Shown: positions 20,029 to 31,062 of the stretch, one piece after another
Layout of the letters: every line of letters begins with the position of its first letter
Numbering within the stretch: position 1 is the stretch's first letter
NCBI GenBank assembly: GCA_951406725.2
Contig: OX597828.1
Coordinates: 77,810,001-77,874,000 of the forward strand
DNA from: Octopus vulgaris
Taxonomy: Eukaryota
Length of the DNA: 64,000 nt
Direction of reading: 5' to 3'
Notes under the pieces: model-generated
The model's input: the letters and a program-made list of their open reading frames with translations, nothing else
Told to the model about the DNA's origin: nothing
The model's database searches: none
Program-made: the position numbers and the translations under genes

Positions 20029-20162
20029 TAATATTTAGCAAAAGCAACAGAGTGACTCAAGGGCCAACAGTTTCGTGCGTTTGCACTTATCAAACTTTGC
20101 TAAGTGCAAATGCACGAAACCCCGCTCTCAAGTCATTCTGATAATATTTCTGCTAAATATTA
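20029..20162. ncRNA. Inverted repeat with two opposed hammerhead-like motifs (Penelope pLTR type)
   Basis: Minus strand TTGATAA-GTGC-AAAC-GCAC-GAAAC; plus strand TTGCTAA-GTGC-AAAT-GCAC-GAAAC; arms extend to AATATTTAGCA/TGCTAAATATT. Confidence 0.55.
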
Positions 20163-20585
20163 TATATATATATATATATATACGTGGAGCGTATAAGATG
20201 TAATTCATTTATGCAGATGTAATATACATGCACACACACACACACATATTATGTATATATACGCACACACATATGCATGTAGGTGTAATATATGTGAATA
20301 TGGTGTATAGATAGATGTAAAAATAATATAGCAAAACGCTTTTGAAGTAAAATGTGAACTGTTTTGGTGTAATGTGTGTTTACACATCTGTGCTAACATC
20401 ATGTGTATAAATGTGATTTCTGCGTGTGTGTGTATGTGTATATATACCTATATATATATATATAGTGGAGGGTTGTTGTAAAGTCTGGAAATAGAGATGA
20501 GTAGAGTGTTAAGGAAGGAAGAAGTTGTTGAGAGAGAGAGAAGACTAACTTTAAAGATGGGCAGAGAGAAATTGTTAAAACTTAC

Positions 20586-21025
20586 TTTTGTTCATCCACA
20601 TGGGGTTGGTTATTCGTTCGTAGTAATCTTCCAGTTCAGGGAGCGAATCGTCGACTGCTTTCAGGAATGGCCAATTGACCGCCTTATTAGAATCGGCCAT
20701 CAGTTCACAGAGAATTCGATAACCGTGTTCGAGTTCAGTGTTGAGCGGTGCTTTTTGAGGGGCAAGTGGTGTTGTTGTTGGTGTTGATGCGGTTGTATGT
20801 GGTGTTGGTGATGCTGGCAATGCTGGTGGTGATGACCTGTCCGTATTAGAATTGCCTTCGTCCCCATCATCATCATCATCATCATCATTATCTTCCTCCT
20901 CCTCCTCATCATCATCATCTTCCTCATCATCATCATCATCATCATCATTATCGTCGTCGTCGTCTTCATCGACGTCACCGTTCAACTCCATAGCGTTGTT
21001 GTTGTTGCTGCTATTACTGTTGTCA

Positions 21026-21056
<31 letters not shown>

Positions 21057-21321
21057 GGTCACCAGCAGCAACACCTATGAAGGTCTCTTGCGTCTGATGT
21101 CTTTCTGCCACCTGAACTGTCGTTGATGAAGATGACAAGGATGATAACGACGACCAAGAAGAGGAAGACGATGACGACGATGTTGTTGTTGCTGTTGTTG
21201 TTGGTGGCTGTCGTGCTTCTTCAGGTGGTGGACTATGGTTCGTTGTTGTTGTTGTTGTATACAGGGCAACTTTCCTTTCCATTGCTGTCGGAGGACCTTC
21301 GTCAATTGAAGAAGATTCCAT
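20586..21321 (-). CDS. BRD10: First coding exon of a bromodomain protein, KIAA2026/BRD10-like (low-complexity acidic N-terminus plus N-half of the bromodomain)
   Basis: ATG in CCACCATGG context at 21321. ELEHGYRILCELM...WPFL...DYYERITNPM is bromodomain helix Z/ZA loop, and GYRIL.E is recalled from KIAA2026. Phase-1 donor A|GTAAGT at 20585. Acceptor TTTTAG at 21499-21500 places the exon start at 21498. Confidence 0.75.
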
Positions 21322-22266
21322 GGTGGTACAAAGTTCATCCAGGCAGTCATGAAGGATTTAGGGGACTTGAAGGGGCTTTGTTGGTGTTAGTGTAGCTATT
21401 GGTAGAGTTATTGTGATTTTCCTTTCAGAATTTAGGATATATGTCAGGGAGGGGTGGCATGACGGGAAAGACTGGCTGTCACAGTTTCTAGGTCTCGGCT
21501 AAAATATAAAACAAAAAAAATAAGTACAAGAGAAATATACAAAATAAATTTAACAAAAAAAAACAATTAACCACAAAATTTGGAGAGAATTATTAGCCAG
21601 AAAATGATGTTGGTTTGTCCGACCGGTTGTTGTCTAATAAATATCACATCATTATTATTATTATTATTTGTAATCTGTGGTGAAGGGGTTGAGGGTTAAG
21701 CCAGCATTTGCTCGAGATAATCCGTGGGATTAGTGAAGGGGAGGGGACAGTAGAGAGACATTCATTAGCATCAAAATAGGAATTTTAAAGACAATAAGGG
21801 TCTGTTGGGTCCCTTGAAGCGAGTCAAAACTAGCCGAAGGGCTAAACATGTTTAAAATGTAGAAATGAAAGCAAGTCCCAAGAATGACAACATAATCTCC
21901 ATCTAGAAAAGACAGAGTGTGAGGAGAGAGAGAGAGAGAGATAAGAGTGTGAGTGAGGGGCATGACGAGAGAGAGAGAGAGAGATAGAGAACAAAAAGAG
22001 AGGGAGCACATAAAAAATTGTGTGAGGGAAAGAGTGACAGAGACGGCGAGTGAAAGAGAGAGCAGAGTGTGTGTGTTTGTTTTAAGAGAACAAAGTTGAA
22101 AAAGACAATTCTGTTGTAAAGAAACGATCATGGCAACAGGGTAAAATAGTGGAAAAGTGAATTTATAAAGCGAGAATAATTAGTAAGAATATTTGTCACA
22201 CCTGCATTATAAATCATCTTCATAGATGCACAGAGCAAAATGACCCAATCACCATGAGGTACTTAC

Positions 22267-22850
22267 TGGGTTATATTATTCCGCATTTCTTTTTTCTTTT
22301 TATAAACTTCTACTTCTTCGAACACCTATTTACGACGATTGTCTAAAGATATTATCACCCTAATAAAAATTACAATTAATATTACGAACGATATCAAGTC
22401 ATGTATTAAAATCTGCAGCTTGCGTTTCATCCATAAATTCACAGAGACAGAGAGAACTATTTTTTCTCAAGGCGCTTTTAGCAAGGGATGTCATATGCAA
22501 AATAGGCGCAATTTGCCGGTAATCTTCCGATAGGAATCAATAATGACGATTCGATTCGATGAAAAATTGAAGAATTGTCCGAAGAAGAAAAAAAATAATC
22601 ATTAAATAAAAAGAAAAAAAATTAAATTAAAATATTATTCTTATTATCTAAAAATATATTGTGAAATTTTGTAGAGAAAAAAAATATTTGATTGCTCGTT
22701 AGAAATATATAAAATGTATTAATCGGGCGTACTTTTGATGTCACTTGGCCTCGAAAAGCTTTAGGAGGAAAAAACTGGATTCGTTTGAAGGACGACACAA
22801 CTCGCTGTATTTCCTCAACACTTTTGTTTTTAAGAATTATATTTATTTTA
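22267..22850 (-). other. Probable upstream non-coding exon of the bromodomain gene (5' boundary approximate)
   Basis: Minus-strand donor CCA|GTAAGT at 22266 lies upstream of the acceptor at 21499; the sequence is CpG-retaining and not obviously repetitive. Confidence 0.4.
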
Positions 22851-24455
22851 TTATCCTCATCGAGGTTTCAAATGGGCCGCTGTGAAGCCATGCAATTTCA
22901 CTAAACGTTACTAATGCCCTTGAGAAAGGCATGAACATCACTACAACCTCGCTCCCTTACTAATAAATAAGCCTTGAAATTATTTTTTAAGAAGGCAATT
23001 AAATGAAATAGCGACAAATACTTTTTTTTCTTTATGTTTGCTGGTGTATATTATATAAGCGTTACATCGCAAAAGGCATTGTCAGCTTTTATTGTTCATT
23101 GATGAGCATTGAAAGGGGTCACTAAATTGATGAAATAACTTGTAAAATCGTAAGGCTGTCATTAAAGTGATTAAACGTTTCTTAAACTTATAAATAAATA
23201 AAATAAATACCGTATTCCAAGTGATTAGAAACTAATATTTATTCGGTGGACGAAGGCGGTGAGCTGGCAGAATCGTTAGCGCGCCGGACAGAAATGTTGA
23301 TCGGTTCTACGTTCGGAGTTCAAACTTCACCCAGGTCGACTTGGCTTTTCATCCCTTTAGGATCGATAAAATAAGTACTAGTCGACCTCTGGAGATCGAT
23401 GTGACCGACTAGTCCTCCATCCTTACGTCAAGATTTCAGGCATTGTGCTTATAGTAGAAAGAATTATTTGGTAGAATCGTTAGCGCGTCGGACAAAACTG
23501 CCTTTTGTATTTAATTGTGACCCTTTATGTTCTGATTTCAAATCTAACAAAGATCGACTTTACATTTCATTTATCTGGTGGGTCGATATAATCGACTGTT
23601 CCTTAGCCCCCACATCGGCCTTAAGTCTATAAAAAAAAATTTATTAACAGAATGAGATGGAAGAGTCGTAGTATCGCTCCGAGTCAGCCCTAGTATAGCA
23701 GACCCATGACCAAAATTATTTTAATCATGATTATCTTTTAGCATATTTTTGTTTTCTTTTATTTTTCTGCTTTTGTTCAGGTATTGTATACCTGGGACTA
23801 CATTATCCCCTATGTCCTTCCGTTTTCAGCATGGTATGTTGTCATTTAGCTGCTGTTTCTAGCAAGCAGCGGGACTATAGACAGGCCTCATTTGTGACGC
23901 GCTTGCACTTAAATGCAGGACTGACAATACTTTGTAATCAACGGTCTGTTATATATAAACACGAGGAAGATAGTGGGGTCATTTTACTTTTTATCACTAA
24001 GAGGGATTGTCAGTGGAGTGGGCCAGAAATATGAGAAAAGTATTAAGATACAGCGGAGGGGGAAGACATAACGATTAGCTTTCTAGTGCAATGGATGGGA
24101 GGACGTGTTTCCAAGTGCAACAGGGCAAGTTTTATTCACATCACATTACTATAGTGCAGCCGAGGGGGTCAGTGATGTAACAGTACAGAAGTGGGGAAGT
24201 TAAGCTTAGAGAAGTAACATCATAAAAGAACAATTTGAAAGCAATTATAACAGAACCTGATGTTCAGGGAAGAACTTTTTTTAAATTAAACATAAAAAAA
24301 ATATTGCTTTATTTTTTTCCGAGGCAAGAAAGATTTGTCTGGTTGTTTTATATTATTTTGTCGTTATTTTTGTCTTTTGTATGTTTTAAAAATTTTGACA
24401 AAGTTGTAAAAAAGTATAAAAGGAAGAAAATATTCACTGCTGCAATTAGTGCATC

Positions 24456-24530
24456 ACTTCCGGAGGATTCGACGTCCTTATTGTAACGTACTTCCACTCC
24501 TTTACGATGAGTGAAGCCTTAAACTTCCGG
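24456..24530. promoter_or_regulatory. Paired ETS/GABP-type sites in the probable p24 gene promoter
   Basis: ACTTCCGG at 24456-24463 and 24523-24530, between two divergent genes and followed by a purine-rich leader. Confidence 0.5.
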
Positions 24531-25356
24531 TTTTGTTCTCCGCCTCCACCTTCTTCCCTGTCTCAGTATTTGTGATGAGAGGAGAGTAATAGTAGTAATA
24601 GCAGAGGAAGGAAAACGATGAGTAAGAGAAGACGATGGAAGTAAGAACGAGTGACGAGTAAAGGGAGAAGGAAGAGTGAAGGGTAGGAAGCGAGAGAGAA
24701 ACAAGGAGGCAAAGTGAGGAGTAAGAGGAAGGGGAGCAGATGAGAAAGAACTACGAGTAGGAGGTGAACGAAGGAGGGAGGGTTAGAGAAGCGAGAGAGA
24801 GACAAGTGTTGTTGGAGAAGCTGGAGGTGTGCAGAGCTGGATGGAAGTGGTTCCCTCTTTTCATTTTGCTTTCCAGTCTCTTTTTTTTTTCATTGCTTCA
24901 TTGCATGTTTTGTCTTTCTGTCCGAGTCTCATCTAGCGCTTCATTTATTTTTGGGTTTTGGACATAAGCTATCAGGCCAAGCATCTCTCTCTCTCTCTCT
25001 CAAGAACGTCCAGCTAAGAACTTTGTCATAAATTCTTCGACTGCAATATTCCTCACACACTTAACTCTCTATTAAGAAGAACTTCGAAATACATTTTGAT
25101 TACTTTTTATGCTTGATTCGTTATTAACAGTTTTTTTTTTCCAACAAAACAAGAATATCCCCAACACCACCTCACCTTCTAAAGCAGCAAAAAGAAAACA
25201 GAAATAAACCATTTGCAGAAATCTTCGAGGCAACACGCCGCACACACACACACATGTAGTTGAGAGCAATATTACTGAAATAGAGCTTCAGAAAAGGAAA
25301 CTAAGTTTTTCCAAACAAGAAAGCTAGCAATAAAAAATACTATAAATTTGTGTAAC

Positions 25357-25410
<54 letters not shown>

Positions 25411-25436
25411 TCATATATATTTGCCTAACGACTACA

Positions 25437-25637
25437 ATGTCGCTAACGTTATATTACAAGAGGGATGGTGTTGCTGCATCAGTGACCTGTTTGCTGTGTT
25501 TGCTGTTGGTCAGTGTCGGACCTTTGACCGTTGCCGTGGACACTGACCTGACGGTGGAAATCGCTCCAGGAAACCAAGAATGTTTCTACCAGCAGGTCCT
25601 CATGAAAGGGGAGACTACTCTAGAACTAGAATATCAG
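25437..25637 (+). CDS. TMED5: p24-gamma (TMED1/TMED5-like) exon 1: signal peptide and start of GOLD domain
   Basis: MSLTLYY...TCLLCLLLVSV...DLTVEIAPGNQECFYQ...LEYQ; donor CAG|GTAAGA, phase 0. Confidence 0.9.
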
Positions 25638-27644
25638 GTAAGACTTTTCTGGGTCTACTTTTAGGTCCTCGGACCTTTCATCTTTCTGTAACACTACTAT
25701 TGTTGCTTGTTTATAGCCCTTGCAGGTCAATCCTGATCGATCGTGTTGACCTTTCACACAATGTGAATGAAGGCAGTGCTCCAGCTTGGCCTTCGCTGTG
25801 ATGGTAAATCTAGGACTTATCCTTTGGGAGGGGGGGGGCCCCACCCCTCACTAACTTTTCCTGCTATAAATACCAGAGATACTCTCAGGATCGTTTTAAT
25901 CGACAATATCCTTCTTATCGGTCTCTATCAATGGAAATCCATTTATTACTCAAGTTCAAACCTTATCAAACTCCTATTTTCTCAGGGGTGCAGTCTATGA
26001 GCCACTTCCTTTTATACTTTAGATTCTATTTTCAAATTCCGTCTCGCTCCATTGAATCTATTAATCACTTGTCGCCAAATACAATTTAAAACACTAGATT
26101 CACTTTTTCTAACCCCGTTTTGCGATCTACTTCTCTTCATCCACCCCTCGCCACCCGACACCTTGTGGCTCTCTGGCAAACTTTGATACTTCTTAAGGTT
26201 CTCTGTCTCATCATTTCACCGGTGGCAGTTCTGTTTGGGCTTAAATTAATTATTACTATAGCTATTTTAAATTCCACCGAACTTTCATCCTTGATTTAAC
26301 TGAATATATCCCACACACACACACAAAATATGCGGTCCTTTATTGTTAAAAGTGTGTCTGTCCTGTATTCTGTTGGTGGTTGCGTATTCACATTGTCTAA
26401 AACACCCACATAAGTATTTTGACAACAACACTGTAATGTCCCATCTAAACTTTAATTTATTAATACGTCTCTGCACCACGGTCAGCCGATGTGCTAAAAA
26501 TAGTAACCAAATCTCGAATAAACATCCTTTTGTCTTAAGGAAAGGAAGGATGTTTTTAACTCCAAGTCGACCCTGATTGAACAGAGATCTCTGATCATCA
26601 TCTGCATTGCTTCTTTGTATATCTAGGACTATACAGCCCAGTGTGTCGTTCCTTTTCTGATGCAATAAGATATGGTTTGATAGAGATTTAGCTGCTACTT
26701 CTAACGATCCAAGCGACTTGTTTCTAAGGCTCCCTCGTTAGCTCGTGGTGATGTTTTAGTTGTAGATTGATTTACGAAGGAATGGCCACTGTTGGAACGT
26801 CTTTGGTCATAGATCTGTTGGATCAGAACTGACCTGAAGCTGTGGCTTCTATTTATTCCACTGCTATTGAGTCACTTCGGTAAATATTCTTGCGAAAATT
26901 TCGACATTTTAAAATTTATGTTCCAAGTCCTTATGAAAAGATATTTAAAAATATATAAATGAAAGCTTGGTTTGTAACAGAAACTGATAAAGTGTCTCGA
27001 CATGTGTTGAAATGATGAATGATCCGTAACTTTCCAAGTATTTATTTACTTGTGTTTCTCTGTCCCGATTTCAAATCCGATGTGTGAGTGAGTATCTGTA
27101 ATATAACAGAGTTTGACTTTGTGGGCATTGCCCCTCAGATGCGGGAAACCATTCCTAGGGCTCAGCATACTCGGTGTTTCCCGGAAGGTTTCATTGGGTC
27201 CAGGGTACCAGTTTTGATCTATGTATCCTGTGGTCTGTTATCAATAAATGCTATAGGACTCAGTGCAGTGACTGACCCATGGTGCTTATAATGCTGCTCA
27301 GACAACCTTGCTAACAAGTAGCATTTGTTGTCCTTTCCAATAAAATCCGGATGGTTTCTGTTGTAGAAACTCAAGGAATCACAATTCAAAAAAGAGAGAG
27401 AAAAATAAATAAAAGATAACTTATCCTCGAAAAAAAAAACGTTACCAAAATTCCTACAGAAATATCAGAAACAAAGGCGACTTAGTTTCACTCATCGTCG
27501 CCTGTTTTGTTGTTGAAAATGATTTTATGAAGGCCACAGAATCCCAATTTCTGCCCTTTATTTTTCAATATGTCTACAGTTATGGCATAAACGCTACTAC
27601 ATCCATTTTCTCCTCAGGTTTTAAGTGAGTTACTTACTTTGTGT

Positions 27645-27782
27645 TTTATGCCATGAACGCCACAACTTCTCATGGTATCCTGGAACTCTATAAAAAAAGG
27701 CTGTTGAACTCTTTATTAAAAAATGTCGAAGTTTCGAGCCTCGGCCCCCTTCTACGTCTTCCTCTATGTTACTGGGTCAATC
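27645..27782. repeat. About 140-bp sequence with a near-identical direct copy at 30323-30467
   Basis: TTTATGCCATGAACGCCACAACTTCT...TGTCGAAGTTTCGAGCCTC...GTTACTGGGTCAATC occurs twice in TMED intron 1. Confidence 0.9.
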
Positions 27783-29913
27783 GATTCCACCTCCACTTCG
27801 TTCTCCTTCCCTATAAATGTGTGGCCCTGTTTGTTCCTCCTTATTTGGAGGAAACATCCGTTGGCACCAATAAATGTTACCCTAAACATTTGAGACGATA
27901 TATTTGGGCTAAAAACAACATATCTTTTTATCTATCTCTGACTTGCTGGGACACCGCATTGAAGAGTTTAGTCGAACAAATCGACCCCAGGGTTAAGTTG
28001 TTTTTTCTCTTGTAAGCCTGGCACTTATTCTATAGTTTTCTTTTTGCCAAACCGCTAACTTGCGGGGATGTAAACAAACCAACACTGGTTTCCAAACACA
28101 TCGACACACACACACATATATATACATGCATATATAGGTACAGGACATTATCATATATATATATATATATATATGTGTATATATACGACGGGCTTCTATC
28201 AGTTTCCGTCTGCGAAATCCACTCACAAGGCTTTGGTCGGCCCGGGGCTATAGTAGAAGACACTTTCCCAAAGTGTCACGCAGTGGGACTGAACCCAAAA
28301 CCATGTGACTGTGAGGCGGGACTTCTTACCACACAGCCACTCCTGCGCCTTTGAATTCTTCTAACATTTGCGATCGGGCAAATACCAAAGTCCAGCTCAT
28401 TGCGACTGTTGTTAGCTTTTTAGAAAAACAAATGACTTTACGTATTTTATTTTAGAATCAATCCCTTAATATTATCGATGTTTCTGACAGATTCCAATAA
28501 TTAGTTATGAACTCACTAGCCACACCGAAAACTGTGTTCTTTTCAAATTGTTCTCTGTCTCACTTTTCTATTCAAATCTCTCATCATTTTGAATACAAGT
28601 CCTGATCAAATTACCAACATCTTTCATAATTTATAGGGCAACGTGTTTCTTTTCTTTTTTGGTCTGAGTTCAAATCCTGACACGCCTTAGTCATGTCGGA
28701 TTATGTATGTCTATGTATAATATATATATATGTATATGTATATATTGTACGTGCCTGTATGTATTCATACATACATTTGTATATAGATGTGTATGTATAT
28801 ATTTGTGCGTGTGTGTATAAAGCGTGATTTATAAAGAGTTTTTTGTAAACCGTTATTGTCTCCCACTTATTTCCACCTCGTTGCTTTCTGTGACACTTTG
28901 AACCGGAGTTCATAATACTTGAAAAAGCCATACGACTGTAATTTCTATCTGTTACAGTATAAATAGCTAATATTGGTAAGGTTTCGGCATTTCGTCTGTA
29001 GCTTCAGGAGTAAGGAGATATCGAGTGAGATTCTAATCTTAGGTGACGGGCACTTTACGCTTGTGTGTGTATATATAATATATATATAATGTGTTTGTAT
29101 GTATATTCGTACAGAGTTACATACAGGCGTGACAGTCTAACTTCTGTCGAGTGGAAGGGTGGCCTCGTCTGAAATGATAGTTTAGCATTTCGTCTTACAT
29201 CGTCCTTTCCAGGGAGATTCATCGCTCGATCTTTTACAAATGCTACCCAAACTTCTCTTAAACCGCACCCACAGTGGCCATCTAAATAACAAACGTATTT
29301 GAAAACGAGCTAAAAAGTTTGGATTTAGCAACGCCGAAGCCATTCCTTCATTTATTAGGGGTTTTTTTCCTTTATAAAGTAATCTTAGTTGTGAATGAAA
29401 TTGTTTGATGTAATTAACCGATGCCTGGACGGGGACACACACACATTGTATATAGTCATATTTGAGGATGGTCATCTTTTGCCAATTAAACACACGATTT
29501 GATCTTCTGTTTAGTTTTTAATATTTTTAGTTTGTTTGTCTGTCTAAAGTTCTTTTGTCACACATTCTTTGACTTCTTAAATGATTTCTGCCCCTTACAC
29601 AGACACGTGCATATTATATACCTTTTTAATTACCTACTACTGTATACCTTATAACAAGGACGATACATACTGAAGTAATACCAGGAGTGCCTTTGGGTAT
29701 ATCTATCCCTTAGATGGTTACATTACCTCTAACTTATATCTTACACAATATATAGAGAGAGGTTATGAGAGGTAATGGTGTCAATAAGACCCAAAGGTGT
29801 CCGGTAATGCTGAGTAAGTGATATAGACAGACCATAGTTAAGCTCCAGGTTCGGTGATTATGCGAATAAGGGGTCCAACATAGGTCATATATCAGTGTGT
29901 GTATATATAAAAA

Positions 29914-30156
29914 AATGAGATAAAAAACCAAGGCTGTGAAGATTTTAGAACATTTATAAATAGAAGGCCTTACACCTGTTTCCAGGATATTTATTATATC
30001 CCTTCATCGGAGACAGTGTCAGAAAATTAACTATTGCTTAACCATTGTCTCACACCGTCTCCAATGAAGGGATATAATAAATATCTTGGAAACAGGTGTA
30101 AGACCTATTTATAAATGTTCTAAAATCTTCACAGCCATTGGTTTTTTTATCTCATT
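29914..30156. mobile_element. Penelope-type inverted pseudo-LTR pair, each arm with a type I hammerhead-like motif
   Basis: Arms of about 105 bp with an about 25-bp spacer. Plus-arm motif GTCT-CCAATGA-AGGGATAT-AATAA-ATATCTTG-GAAA-CAGGTG-TA-AGAC; the minus arm has core CCGATGA. Confidence 0.7.
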
Positions 30157-30835
30157 CTGAAAAAAACAAAATTCATATCTGTATATACACACACTTCAGT
30201 ATATGGTTTGATTCTATCTCCAATGTCTCTTCGTATCCAGGTATAAGTTATGTTTTCCCTTTCTCATTCATTCTATTACTGGTCAGTATCACACACAAAA
30301 AAACTCGTTTGCCAAGTCCTTATTTATGCCATGAACGCCACAACTTCTTATGGTTTCCTGAAACTCTATAAAAAAAGGCTGTTGAACTCTTTATTAAAAA
30401 ATGTCGAAGTTTCGAGCCTCCTCCCCCCCCCCCCTTCTACGTCTTCCTCTATGTTACTGGGTCAATCAGCCACATTGCTCATTCGTCATTCCGGAGTTCA
30501 AACCCAATTCAACAATAAACATAGAAATGGCACAGCCACCTCTCCCACAAATAGCCCCAAACACACCTGGTTGAAATAAGTAGTGACTGGGTTTCATTTT
30601 ATCCCCATGCAAAGCCATGGGACATTGATCAAAAATGCTTAAGACTCTTGCATTCCAGGTCAGACCCTTTCTTTCAAAGCAAATAAGACCATTCCGTGCA
30701 CATCAACACGGTGTGCCACTGGCTCCACAACCCAGGTAACACCACGTTTAACAGTATATGCTTAATTATGATATTGACTTGTACCTATCTTTGCAACCTA
30801 CCATCATTGAACCTGCAAGACAAGCAACATTAAAA

Positions 30836-31062
30836 CCCTTTCATTTCCAAATTTCAGTTGAAAAACACTCCTTTTGTTTCATTTAATATTGGAAAAAAAA
30901 CCAGTTTAGTCAAATAATCTTGTCGTTATTCAGCTGGTGCTTGGAACATAATTTAACAGAAAATTTTGATGGAAGATTTTAATTTAGATCACTAAAAACA
31001 GGAATATTTTGTTGTAGATCACAGAACTGGGAACCATCTCAGGTAGTTTGGTATTAAAAGGG
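30836..31062. mobile_element. piggyBac-type MITE (similar termini at 43107-43273)
   Basis: CCCTTT...AAAGGG termini with TTAA on the right and a degenerate TTAA on the left. Confidence 0.55.

Noticed and set aside
20700-21395. Poly-M, poly-S and poly-L ORFs in other frames and on the other strand
   Set aside because: By-products of the trinucleotide repeats in the bromodomain exon.
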